DNA of 64,000 bases from Rhynchobatus australiae (lineage: Eukaryota), in contig JAUZTB010000071.1 of the NCBI GenBank assembly GCA_034780895.1, positions 26,936,031-27,000,030 on the forward strand, read 5' to 3'. The position numbers and the translations under genes were made by a program. Below, piece by piece: positions 49,701 to 62,380 of this stretch. How positions within the stretch are numbered: the first letter of the stretch is position 1; the number at the start of each line of letters is the position of its first letter. The notes below the pieces were generated by a model. That model ran no database searches, was not told the DNA's origin, and saw only the letters and a program-made list of their open reading frames with translations.

Positions 49701-49829
49701 TATTTTTATCTGAATGCATGCAGCATTCATATTAAGGTGGATAATTAATGACATAAATAGAAATAAATGAGTGAAATAAATGAGTAAAATTTACCAGGTA
49801 TTACAAATGTAGGGTTGTAAAGTGAACAA

Positions 49830-50230
49830 ATGAAAGTAAAATATTGCAGAATGATTAATTTTTTAGAGGAAATAGGCAGAATGGAAAAGGAGGAGTAGCT
49901 CCAATAACAAAGATTTGGATAAAGGCAGTGGGGAGTAAAGGCCATAGCTCATAAAATCAGGAAGTAGAGTCAGTACACATGGACGCATGTGTAACAAGGT
50001 TAGTACGATCAACATAGGAGAATTTTGATCTCAATATAGTCTACGGCAACCAAAATGGCAGTAATAGTGGAGCAAAGAAGTCATGACGTGTATAAGAGAT
50101 GATTTTCTTGTTAAGTATGTTGAGGAACCAATAAGTGAATGGCTATTTTGAATCTAGTAATGTTCAACAGGAAATAGTTAACTACTAACCTAGTAGTTGG
50201 GGTGCGTTTATGGAAGAGTGATCAATGACT
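49830..50230 (+). mobile_element. CR1 endonuclease remnant
   Basis: 'aggaaataggcagaatggaaaaggaggagtagct' and 'tatgttgaggaaccaa..ggctattttgaatcta..gaagagtgatca'. Confidence 0.6.
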
Positions 50231-50939
50231 ATTACTCAGTATGTAGCTGTACCTCTTGGCAGGCAAGAAAAGACAACAAAACCTGTGGCCACATCCATTA
50301 ATGTTATAGAATTGGACAACCAAAAATAATAAATTCATCTTACAATGGGAAAGTTGTGAAGTTGAATTTGTGTAATCTAGTAGTTGACCATGTAAATTGC
50401 TAGATTGCATAATAGAGAAGTGAAACTGCCACCCTACTCAATCACGTGCCAGGTTGTTGCTTCCAGATTCTGGGGCATGCTGTTTCTAAGTAAAAAGATC
50501 CTATATTAGTTTGAGAAGAAGACTGACCATCAGCTCAGGATTAGACAATAAAGGTGGCCTACTGAGCATGAAACTGCAGATGCTGGAAATCTGCAATAAA
50601 GCAAAAAACGCTGAAATACGCAGCAGGTGAAACAAGAGAGAGAGAAACAATTAACGTTACTGTTATTGTTAATTAACAATTAACAATGTTTTTAAGTTGT
50701 GCAGAAGAGAGAACAAAGTGAATGTATGTGATGCACTGGAGACAAAGAGACTGAATGGCATAAGTGATCGCGGTGCCAGCTCACAAAGGATTGTAAAGGC
50801 TTGTCCATTCCTGCTGATCTGTCTGGAGAAGATGGAGTCAATAGAAGGAGATGAATCAGAACGGGGGTGGGGGGGGAGGGGTATGTCAGAATCATGAGGT
50901 ATAAAGCAATCCTTACAGCTGGTCACTAATCTAAAAATG

Positions 50940-51770
50940 AACTATTCATCCAGACCTCCCATTCTGTTAGTTAGCCACACTAGTATCCATGCCAATATAT
51001 TATCCTCAACCTCAGGCATTGTTAACTTATGCAATATTTTTTATTGAATGTTTCTGGAAATCCAAATTTACTGCATCTACTGGTTCCCCACCCTTAAAGA
51101 ATTCTAGCAAGTTTGTCAAATGTGATTTCCCTTTCAGAAATTCAAGTTGACTCTGCTTAATTGCCATATCATTTTATAAATTTCCTGCTATTGCCTCCTT
51201 AACAATGAATTCTAGCATCTTCCCAATGACAGATGTTAGGCTAACATTCCGATAGATTCCTGCTTTCTGTCTTCCTTCTTTCTCAAGTAGTGGCATTGCA
51301 TTTGCACTTTGTAAAACCTCTCAGACCTGTCCAGAATACAGAGGATTTTAATAGATTACAGCCAACGCATCCACTATCTCTACAACCAGGATGCCGACCA
51401 TCAGGTTCAAGGGGCCTTTTCAGCTTTTAGCCCAATTACTTTGCCTCGTCTTTTTTTCTATAGTAATAAATTTTCTTTTGGGTTCCTTCCTCCCTCCCTC
51501 CCTTTGGCCCCTTGATTATCTATTACTATTAGAATCGTTTTAGTGTCATCTACTATGAAATCATATCCAAAATTACTGATTTAGAACTTCTGCCACTTCT
51601 CTGTTTCTCAAAGTTAATGCCCTGTTCTTGTCCTCTACGTGTTCACTTCAGCAATGCTCTTCCTTTTTATATCTTACTTTCTGCTTGTATACTATTTGTG
51701 AGTTTACTCTTGTACTCTATCTTCTCCTTTTTCATCATATTTTATTTATTCTTTGCTGATGTCTAAAAAT
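50940..51770 (-). mobile_element. Decayed CR1 RT-region fragment
   Basis: 'tttctggaaatccaaatttactgcatctactgg', 'tttgtcaaatgtgatttcccttt', 'ttcccaatgacagatgttaggctaac'. Confidence 0.7.
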
Positions 51771-53904
51771 AGCACATAATATAATTTTAGAAATATTCAC
51801 ATCGAGCCTCAACAAATCCAGCATCTCTTAAAACTTCTTAAAATATTTGTTCATAGTCTATAAATAATAGCTGCTGAATTTGAATCAAACATTTCAACTT
51901 GTAATAACTTTCTAAAGCATTAGTGTGTCTAATGTTTTATCAAGCAAAATTGCTGATTTTAGACCCTAATTCTTAATTACCACTTCCCACTGTACCCCCT
52001 CATCTCCCCATCACCCCAGCACTGCCATCTATACCCCCAAACCAATGACCAACATGCCANNNNNNNNNNNNNNNNNNNNNNNNNNNNNNNNNNNNNNNNN
52101 NNNNNNNNNNNNNNNNNNNNNNNNNNNNNNNNNNNNNNNNNNNNNNNNNNNNNNNNNNNNNNNNNNNNNNNNNNNNNNNNNNNNNNNNNNNNNNNNNNNN
52201 NNNNNNNNNNNNNNNNNNNNNNNNNNNNNNNNNNNNNNNNNNNNNNNNNNNNNNNNNNNNNNNNNNNNNNNNNNNNNNNNNNNNNNNNNNNNNNNNNNNN
52301 NNNNNNNNNNNNNNNNNNNNNNNNNNNNNNNNNNNNNNNNNNNNNNNNNNNNNNNNNNNNNNNNNNNNNNNNNNNNNNNNNNNNNNNNNNNNNNNNNNNN
52401 NNNNNNNNNNNNNNNNNNNNNNNNNNNNNNNNNNNNNNNNNNNNNNNNNNNNNNNNNNNNNNNNNNNNNNNNNNNNNNNNNNNNNNNNNNNNNNNNNNNN
52501 NNNNNNNNNNNNNNNNNNNNNNNNNNNNNNNNNNNNNNNNNNNNNNNNNNNNNNNNNNNNNNNNNNNNNNNNNNNNNNNNNNNNNNNNNNNNNNNCCATG
52601 CACCTCCTGAGGTCACAAACATAGCGATGGCCGTGAACACAGAAAATTATCCTCACAATTGCTTCAAGGTGTGAATAGAACATTGTGCAATGTGGCATTT
52701 GGATGCAATTCGATCAGCTAAGGAAAGCAGAAAGGAATTTATCTGAACACTTTCTCCCTCAATGACCCTGGATTTTTCTCTGTTATATTCCCTTTCCTCA
52801 GAAATTATGTTGGGGGGCAGGGGAGGAATGGGGTGTGAGTGGGTTTTGTAAGTGGATGGTGTCAACTTGAAGAAAGGTTGTTGTTGAAGATTCATGTCAT
52901 GATGATCCAACCATTGTCAAAATGCACAAGCATAATGGATATACCGGGCAATTCCAGGCCATGAATATCAGTTGTTATACTCTATAAATTTGTTTCACTA
53001 ATTCCTTATGACATTAAGTTTTTTTTTCAAACTGATCCTGGCCTAGAGTGAAAGGAGATAGCCAAATGCAGCAAAGAAAATTCAGACTGGTGAGATCAAT
53101 TATTATTACAGTTGCAGCCAGGAATTTTCAGTTCGCAATTAAAGGATCAATTTCTTGTGGCACAGAGTCTAAAAAACTACATTAGATAATAGATTTTTAA
53201 AAAATAAAACTTCAGCAAGAAGCTTGCCTAAAATGTGTCTTCAACTGGCACCACCATTTAGTAGCAGCTACAAATTTCTGAAGTTAGATTTGCTAAAATT
53301 CAATGGAACCAAGCTTTGAAAGCAGAGTTCAATGCTCAGCTGATGAAATTAAGCACATTATGTGCTTACCTATTAAGGAGGAATTTTGCCTCCACTATCT
53401 ATTGAACAAAAATTACCAATTGTTATGAGTTCAAACAGTTCACAGCAAATCCAAGGAATGTTTTAATGAATGTTATTTAAAAGAAAAACATTTAAATTTA
53501 GTTGCATCAAAAACAAGCAGTCTGATGAAGAGATAAATGCTAATAAATGACAAAAGTCTCTATTTCTCAAATAATCTGTTCTCCCCAGTTGACAGATGAC
53601 CAATTCAGCTTTTAAAATTCTGTGTCTCTGATGATTCTAATATCACTGTGTGGAGAACTATGTATGCCATATGAGAGAGTAATGTCAAAAAAATAGCATA
53701 CACAGCAAAGGATATTTCTGTTTAAATAGTGACCACCGCTTTAAGAAGAGAGTAATACATAGTACAAATAATGTATGTGTTTGTATCGTCACATCAGTAA
53801 ATCAGTCTGATGATGATTAACTTATTTACTTTCTTTCTTCTGTATTATCTTCTTGTTACAACCTTTAATATCCACTGCAACAAGAAAAGATCCAGAGAAC
53901 AATA

Positions 53905-54022
53905 TCCCTATAGCACATTGGAGTGTCAGCCTTGATTATGGATACTCATATCCTAGAGCCATACCTGAACTGCAACCTTCTGACCCAGAGACAAAACTGT
54001 TGACAGATAACCCAAGATGACA
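53905..54022 (-). mobile_element. Deu-SINE head remnant
   Basis: 'ggagtgtcagccttgattatg..ctgaactgcaaccttctgacccagag'. Confidence 0.55.
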
Positions 54023-54324
54023 CTCCAGTGTGCTCTCTAGCTTTCGGTTCTTAATCCTAGTTAGGGTTTAGTTTCTAACCTCCCATATAGCATCTGTTTG
54101 TATGCAGTAAATGATTACATGAACAGAATTCTCTCTTTTCCTGCTGTTTCTCAATCTCATGAAACTTATGCACAATCTATAAAAGTTTCAAGACTGGATT
54201 TTCAGTTACCTTAATAATAACTTGAAATCTGTCAGAGCAATACAAAATAAAGAGTACAAAATTGTGATTCACTGAAACCTTATGAGCAAGCATATAGCCT
54301 CTTATCAAACACATAGGAATGACA

Positions 54325-55100
54325 TGTTAGCATGATAGTTATGCTGCTGGATGAGTAAATCAGAGGCCTGAATTAATGATCAGAGACTTGAGTTTAAATC
54401 CCATCATGGCAGCTGGGGAATTTAAATTCTGTTAATTAAATAATCTGACATATAAAGCAAGTACAGGTCTCCCCCAATTAGCAATCATTCACTTAGCGAA
54501 TCTTTGCTCCAACAAAGGTTGTATTTAATTTGTAACCTATCAAAGGTTTCATTTGCTGCAACAAAGGGTAGGGAACACATTTGGACACTGCCCTTCAGTC
54601 TGTGAAAGCCAGGAACATTTAACGGTCGTTTTGATTGGGTTAATAGGAAGGACTCTGAGAAGTAAACAAGCTATTTAAAATAGAAAAAAAACTCTCCTGA
54701 GCACCTGTGCCCTTCCACCTGGCAACAATGGCAATTGGATGAATGGCTTCCAAACCTCAGTTTATGAAAACAAGCACAGTTTACTTTTAGTTTACTGCAT
54801 CCTTACTGGGAGGAGATTGACAAGCATCTGACTTCTTACCATCCACAGCAGTGGATATCTCCCATAAAAGTTAAGGGTTTAAATGTATCTCCCACAATAC
54901 AAATTTTCACAATACGAAGGAATCGTTATGAACCAAATACCTTTGTTAAACAGGAGAGACTTGTATCATCAATGATGAGCATGAATCTAGCAGATTATAA
55001 TTTGACTCAAGACTCTCAGCAGTGTGATTTACTGTTAACTAGTGATATCCCCTGTCTGCCTTTTGCCACTCAGATATATCAACCACAGCATAAAAATAAA
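54325..55100 (+). mobile_element. tRNA-headed SINE/LINE 5' region split by a MITE
   Basis: 'cagaggcctgaattaatgatcagagacttgagtttaaatcccatcatggcagctggggaatttaaattc' continues after the MITE as 'tatcatcaatgatgagcatgaa'; a related copy lies at 62381. Confidence 0.6.
54464..54963. mobile_element. Tigger/pogo-type MITE, 500 bp, TA target-site duplication
   Basis: TA|CAGGTCTCCCCCAATTAGCAA ... TTGTTAAACAGGAGAGACTTG|TA; imperfect TIRs match at 15/21; the host repeat is contiguous across the insertion. Confidence 0.75.
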
Positions 55101-56749
55101 ATCAGATGGACCACTTAGCATCATCCTGCAGTAGATACTGTATGGTTAAAACTTGCCCAGTCCAGTAAAAATACCTTGTCACGACCATCTTGGAACATGA
55201 GCTGAAAATAGGAGAGTTGCAACACAGTAGTCAAACAAATGTCTTATGTAGCCATACTCAGACTTTTAGCCATTATACGGCATAATCCACTGGCTTTGTA
55301 TCCTAAAGCTAAACTTGAACTTAAATCATCTGTCCATTACCATTTCACATTTATATTCCTTTGTTATATCCTCAGGAAAAGGGACCAAGATGCAGACCTT
55401 GTGTATTCAGCCACAGTAAATTTCATCACAATGCACACAGAAAACAAATGAGATCCCTCCAGAACCTTGCTTGTACTTTGCTGATAAACAGTATAGAAAC
55501 CCCATTTTGGTACAGAATAGGGAAGCTCACAAATGTTACAAAATGCTAACACTGTATAAAAAATTATAATTGAAAGCATCCTGATCAATCTGCAATTAGC
55601 TCAGTTTAACTGTAATTTATGTAAAACAGTAAATAATATAGTATAACACTGAGATGACTTCAGGGTGGCCTTTATGTGCTTCTGGCTGTGACAAAGAGAA
55701 TTGATTTATCTAAAATGGTTTAAAGCTAGAACATTTGTGTTGACATGAAAGCTGATGTGGATAAAGCCTCAAGGTTAAACTTATAAATTTTGAAAGCTAG
55801 TTGTGGAGAACCCTTTTTTCCCTCTGTATTTATTTTCTTTTATATTCCCCAAGGCACACAAAGCAGGAGAGAGCACTTGATTGAATGTATATTTTTTGTC
55901 CATCTACAGCAAAAGAACTGTAAAATAATTACTCCTATAATACCAGACCCTCAGTTTTCAACAGAGACTGCATAATCTGGGATGCTAAATTAATGGGAAA
56001 TGGAAATCATTTTCCTGCGATCAAAACATACTATCGCAATATGTCACCATGTTTAAAAATAAGTTTAATGTATAATGCATGAGATGCACAATGTTTCACA
56101 TAAAAAGACAGACCATATTGCTGAGATGCAGCAGTTTTTGATGGGTTACAAATTTGAAGGCTTCTCAGCAGCTTATCCCAATCAAACCTTTAAGACTCAG
56201 CATCAGAACTATGGTTCATGGATCTCCACCATCACTGACAAACTAACCACATCCCCCAACACCCAAGTCCACCACCAAGTCATCCCAACCATCCCTGTCC
56301 AATTCATTGAGTTGTTGGAAAGAAATAACTTATAAATAAATGAGAGCAGTGGAACCACAGGAATGAGGCTTTGACATTATACAAAGAATTGTAGCCTCCC
56401 TTCAGTAAATGTCAGACTGGAGATTGGCAAGGATGGGCTGATTGTAAAATGAACCTTTCTTGATCATTTTTGACTTTTTGATCATTTCCTTCTAAAATTC
56501 TATAATGGAAGATTTTGCAGTCAAGCTACAGTCTTCCCTGTTCATTGTATGTGGGATTAAAAATTTGTAATGTTAAACTTTCACTCCTAAGAGTTTACTT
56601 TCTATCCACTTACACTATGCAAGTACCGTCATATGAATGCTTGGTGCTCTTGCATGAAATTCCTTTAGCATTTTCAGTGAATATGAACTTCTTGTCTAAA
56701 TGATGGACCTCAATGATAGAACCTTCATTTTTTTTTAGAGCTAATGGAA

Positions 56750-57260
56750 TATACAAACAGGAGTAAGCTATTCAACTCCTCAAACTTTTAGGTCATGGCT
56801 GTTCNNNNNNNNNNNNNNNNNNNNNNNNNNNNGTACCATCTCAATTAATGCTGTTACCAAACAAACATCTATCAATCTCATATCTGAAATTTCCAGTTGT
56901 TCCAATTTTAGAGGAGTTCTGGATTTCCAACATCCTCACCTTGAAGAAGCTTCCTGAGATAGTGCTACTAAGCCTAGCTGTGTTTTTGTTTACTCACTCT
57001 TCTGAATTCCTTTTCCAAACAAAATAATTTCAGTCTATTTTACCAATTATTTTGATCATACTAAGCAACTAGTTAGTCCAATCCTTAATCTTCTAAACTC
57101 AAGGGAGACACTCTAAATCTATACAAACTGTCATTCTAATTTAACCCCTTGAACTCCATCTCAAACTGGTATATCTGAATTGCTTCCTGCCAAGGTCAGT
57201 ATATACCTTCCCGTGATCCATTGCCACTGGATATAACACCCCAAATAAGAGCTTACCAGA
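56750..57260 (-). mobile_element. Decayed CR1 3' region
   Basis: 'acaggagtaagctattcaactcctc', 'tctatcaatctca', 'cttaatcttctaaactcaaggga'. Confidence 0.5.
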
Positions 57261-58224
57261 GTTTTATTAAAATAGAAGACAAATAAATATCAATCCAGAC
57301 AAATAAATATTTGTATGTTACTATTTGCATCATATAATTCAGAGAAACAATTAATCAAAGACTGATGAAAATTTGTACATAAATTTAGACAATAAAAATC
57401 TGACAGGGCTAGCTGACAGAGCCAATAAACTGGAATATAAAGTACAATTCGTATCCACAATTACCACATAGTTTATTCTCAATCTCAAATATGATATCTA
57501 GGAACAGCATCATTTATAAACAAGATACTTTTCCATTTGCAACTGGGACGTTTTGAAGTACAAATCAACCTAAGCTGCATTACATACCAATGAATAAACA
57601 GTTTTCTATCCTTTGGAGATGAAATTCTTCTTAGAACCTGATGATAATACCATACCGCAGCTTCCCCAATTTACAGCCCCTAGTACAAAGTTCATTGTTT
57701 GCCCAGTCAATCAATTGCTTTCTTCTTGAGCTATCTTGGGCAAGAACAGAAAAAGATTGACCTCAGCTTCTGCTTGTCTCTGGTAACAGAGGGAAAAATA
57801 ATCTTTAATTTGTGTCACAGATCAAGGTATCGCAGAGCACATTATAGCTATTGATGTATTGTGCAAGTATAATAATATTGTAATAAAGGAACTGCAGAGG
57901 CCAAAAAGCACACAACAAGCTCACCCAAAGNNNNNNNNNNNNNNNNNNNNNNNNNNNNNNNNNNNNNNNNNNNNNNNNNNNNNNNNNNNNNNNNNNNNNN
58001 NNNNNNNNNNNNNNNNNNNNNNNNNNNNNNAACTGTGAGATTAATGACTAGATAATCTGTTTTAATATCGTTGCAGCATTGTGCTATGGAATCTTTTTCT
58101 TCCACCTCAAAAGTGGACTAATTTTGGTTTATTGTCTCATCCAAAAGAGAGAGAGGCACAAACAATCCATATTTAAACCAGGGCTCTGACTGACAGCTTG
58201 ATTGTAATTGCCAGTGCGTTGGGA

Positions 58225-58588
58225 CATATGGAGCAAAAGACAAACTGCTGGAGGAACTCAGCAGGTCAAGCAGCATCTGAGGAGGCTAAAGGATAGTTGA
58301 CCTTTCAGGTTAAGACCCTGCATCAGGGCTGGGAGTGTAGAGGGAAGACAGCCAGTATAAAGAGATGAGGGGGAGGGGTGAAATAGGAACTAGTAGATGA
58401 TAGGTGGAACCAGGTGATGTGGGGGGATGATGGGCGATGGAGCCTGGAAGGGGAGGGGAGAGTTAAGAGACAGAGGCAGGTGGGTGATAGCTGGAAACGA
58501 ATAAGGAAAAACAAAATCAAGTAGATAGGGCCAGGTGGGAGGGCTCGGGGGAAAGGAGCAGAAAGGAAGAGACAGAGGCTGGAAGGAC
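58225..58588 (-). mobile_element. Penelope-like terminal repeat and purine-rich UTR
   Basis: 'aaactgctggaggaactcagcaggtcaagcagcatct..gttgacctttcaggttaagaccctgcatcagg'. Confidence 0.8.
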
Positions 58589-58800
58589 CACTGCCACAGT
58601 GAGGCCAACACAAGCTGGAAGAACTACACCTTAAATTCCACTGAGGTAGCCTGAAACCTGAACATTGAACTTTCCAGTTTTAGATAACCCGCATTCTCAG
58701 TGTTCCAGACCCTATCTCTGTACTCCTCCTCCCCCGGTAGGATCCATCTGTCCGCCTGCTCATCATCCCTCCCTTATCTGCTTCCACTTATCACCCATCA
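58589..58800 (+). mobile_element. Penelope-like GIY-YIG C-terminal fragment, inverted relative to its neighbour
   Basis: 'cactgccacagtgaggcc..aagctggaagaactacacctt..ctgaacattgaactttccagtttt' translates as HCHSEA..KLEELHL..LNIELSSF. Confidence 0.7.
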
Positions 58801-60250
58801 GTCTGTGGTTGATGGGGCAGTGGGTGGGTAGTTCGTGAGGTGGCGCACTCCTTCAGTCACTTACACGGTGTGCTTCTAATGAATGGCCTCAAGGTTCTCA
58901 ATACTATCCCCAATGTTCCTTCTCCACTTTGAGTGGTCATAGGCCAGAGGTCCCCAGGAGGCTGTGGGGCCATTGCATTTCTCGGTTTATTGTCTAATCA
59001 GGATTTGGTAGAAGGAGATACAATAGCAACATTTAAAAGGCATTTAGACAGACACATTGGACAGGCGGGGAATAGAGGGATTTGGACCATGTACAGCCAG
59101 ATTGGATTAGTTAGATCGGCATCATAGTTATTGCAGACGTGGTGGACCGAAGGGCCTGATCCTGTGCTCTACTGTGCTGTGTTCTTCAGGGAAGCTTTGA
59201 GCACATCCTTGAATCTTTTACTCTATCTGCCTGTAATCACCTCCCATGACAGAACTCAGAATAAAGTGTCTGTACAGGAAGTCTGATGCTGGGCATGTGG
59301 ACAATGTGGCCAGCCCAATGTAGGAAACTGAAAGAAAATAGAGCATCAGTGTTGGAGGTATTGGCCTGGGAGGGGACACTTATGTTGGTTTAATTATCCA
59401 TTCCAGTGAATTTGGAGGATTTTTTTTGGAAACAGCATTGGTGAGATTTTTCCCAGAGCCTTGAGATGCCTGCTGCAGTTAGTGCAGGTCTCAGAAACAT
59501 GAAGGAAAGCAAAGACATTTGTCTTGCTGATGTTGAAAGTGAGGCTCTTCCTTTCATATGGTTTGATGAATGAGTATGATATCTTGGAACTCAGCCTCCA
59601 AGTATGTACAAACTCAAGCATCATCTGAGTATCGCAGCTTGACCACTGAGGTTCAGGTAACCTCAATTCTGGACTGTGGTCATTGTAAGTTAAATAATTT
59701 CCCATTATCTGCAATCCCATGGGAAGTGTGTTAGAGGTGAGCTTCAACATTACAACAAGACAGTTCCGGTAAAATGTTGGGGCAGTGACATGGCCTTGCT
59801 TGACATTGATCTTCACTGAGTTTGGTTCCATCGTAGACCCATTGGTTAGTTTCATGGCTTGCAAACATATGAGGGAGATGAATTTCTCGTGGAGCTGGAT
59901 TTAAAGACAATGTCCACAGACCCTCCCTCTTGATGGAGTTGAGTTTGAGGAAAGCCATGCTTTGAGTTGGTATTGCTTGCCTGGCATTTGTCTTGCAGCT
60001 GTCATGCGGTGAAGAACATGTGAGCTGCACCCCCGCATAGATGGAATCCTCGCCACGATTCTGCTACTCGGAGGAGGGAGTTGAGGAGGACCATGGAGTT
60101 GAATTTGCATTATGTCGCAAACTAACAATTTTGCTTTGTATAAATGAATCACCACAGATTCACTTCTACCAATAAGGTGGGAATGGGAGCCTTCAGCCTC
60201 TAAGGCTGCCAGGACCAAGTGGCTAAATTGTCTGCCTTAGTAAAACACCA
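58801..60250 (-). mobile_element. RTE-clade (BovB-like) LINE, interrupted by a CR1 tail
   Basis: NVKQGHVTAPT (~GVKQGCV.APTLF), LRYSDDA (~YADD, ~59620-59640), SIKREGLW, LTFNISKT, WAGHIVHMP.IRLP..LYSE, RFKDVLKASLK. Confidence 0.85.
59000..59185 (+). mobile_element. CR1 3' tail nested in the RTE
   Basis: 'gatacaatagcaacatttaaaaggcatttagacag..gaccgaagggcctgatcctgtgctctactgtgct'. Confidence 0.8.
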
Positions 60251-60559
60251 GTGAATGCTGAATTTCTCTTCTGGGCCTCTGGGATTTGGAGCCCAGCCTA
60301 TGGATCAGGTCACCTGGAATGCAGAAACAACACTTAGGAATGCACAGTTAATTAAGTATTTAACAGGTACAGCAAAAGCTCTCTTGTATTTTTGCTATGT
60401 AGAGAGACATGATTATATTTTTGCAAGAAGTGTTGAGTGACCCCTGGTATTTCAGCCATTGTGCTGATATTTTTCTTCCTTTTTTGAAGCCACTGATTTG
60501 TGCCCAGTTATTATTCCATGTTCAGGGACCTTTTAACCAAGTGCTTGTCATTAATGAGT

Positions 60560-60850
60560 TGCGACTACAACTGCTGGCAATACTGTTCGGTCACAAAATG
60601 CATCAGGTCTGATCCTGTCCTCACCCTTTGTTCCCCACAGATAGTTTCCAGTACTTGAGTAGTTTTACTGTGTTAGATACAAGTTGTTGTCAACCAGCTG
60701 GCAAACCTGAGCAGGAAACAAGGCTTTTTTTTTCCTTTGCTTATCCTTGGGCTACTGAGATTAATGGTGCATCCCAGTTTCAACCCTTATCTCAGGAGAG
60801 GGAGGGACACTGGGAGCCGTCAGTATGAGTTGAATTGAAATCCATACACT
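60560..60850 (-). mobile_element. AmnSINE2-like relic
   Basis: 'ctgatcctgtcctcaccc', 'gagcaggaaacaaggctttttttcc..ctgagattaatggtgcatccc' resemble the remembered reverse complement of AmnSINE2 (GGGTGAGGACAGGATC; GGGAAAAATCAGCCAGGGTTCC). Confidence 0.5.
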
Positions 60851-61619
60851 GGATTTCCCTCCATCAAGGAAATCAAGACGGAGCAATTCAATTTCAGTCC
60901 ATCCCTTTCACAAAATAATCAAATGATCGTCGTGTAGCAACTAGTCCCTTACCATAATTTAGTAAGGCCAGTTTTCAGAGGAGAATTCCAGATGGAATGC
61001 AAATCAATTTTAAGTGCATCTGTGAGAAAGATCAAAAGAAAATTACAGCATGGTTGAAATCGAAAGGGAGTGGGGAGTGACCTTGATTTTATTTATTTTG
61101 AAGCTGCGCTCGAGATTTGAAATTTCTGACTGACTTGTTTCCCATTCCCATGTGAGGAGAATTAATGCTAGTTCTGTCCATCATTCTCTGCCAGAATTCT
61201 GGTAATAAAATAACATTCATTTTTCCAGACTAGCTGCAAGGGCAACAACCTTTTTGAGTTTGGGCATGGGTTCATTAAAAAAGAGATTGAAGCTGCTTCT
61301 TGGGTGTTAATCTAATAGGTGCTTGCTATTTTTCAGTGATTTCCCCATACAGCAAACACTCCCCTGCAGAGACTTGTTTTTTTGTGTGTGTTTGACATCT
61401 GCAGACACTTAACGCGGTCATTTGGCCATCCTTTCAGTTGGTCGGTGTGGCCCTGGGATGAGGTAGCAGCAAGGTGTTTTCATAAATGTAAGGGAATACA
61501 AGTGAAAAACAGCACCATATGTTGAAGTGGCACTGGGATCTTTAGTTCTATTTTCAATGAGGATGAAACTTAAAAACACCAGCAATTCATATAGGGGAAC
61601 CACAATGACTTCACTTTTA

Positions 61620-61922
61620 CATCACAAAGTCATACACTACAGAAACAGGTCCTTCAGTCCACTGGGTCCTCACCAACCCATAAGCACCCTTGACACACAT
61701 TTTGCATTAATCCCTGTTTTTCACTCCCCACTTTTCCCATCACCTACCCTTGATTCTACCACTCACTCAGGCCATGTAACAGTGGCTAATTAGCCGACCA
61801 AACTGCATATCTTTGACATGAGAGAAAGCCCTCACAGTCACACAGACACCACTGGAGGTTAAGATTGAACCCAGGTCACTGGAGCTGTGAGGCAGCAGCT
61901 CTACTAGCTTCACTGTGCCACC
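61620..61922 (-). mobile_element. HE1-like V-SINE
   Basis: Tail 'catacactacagaaacaggtccttcag' and head 'gattgaacccaggtcactggagctgtgaggcagcagctctactagc..ctgtgccacc'. Confidence 0.82.
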
Positions 61923-62380
61923 TGTGATCACTGATTAAGAGTATGTACCTAGAAAATGTGGTATTGCTGTTCTGAAGATAATACATACATCTCTTAAGTG
62001 AGATTTCAACAAGTAATCCCTGCAGTAGTAGGTTGCCTAATAGCAGAAATACATTGAATGAGAATATTTTGGTTTCATTTTTCAGAATGGATTATGTGGA
62101 ATTTTTAGCAGTGCATCTGGGTCATTGTGAGTGATTTGCGTAGATTTGTATGTGTTATTTGAAAATATGCAGCACAATTGCTTTCCCTCAGACCACCTGA
62201 AGAATACTATATTGTTGTACAAAATGTAATACTTTTGCCAAAAGGAAGTAATTTCATGTATGGTTATTTTTATGGAACAAAGTTGTTAATAAATCATATT
62301 CTTTGTACACATAACAAGCTGGCAACCATCTATTTGTAAATTTAAAATCTTATCCTAGATAAATAAATCTGTATTCAGAT

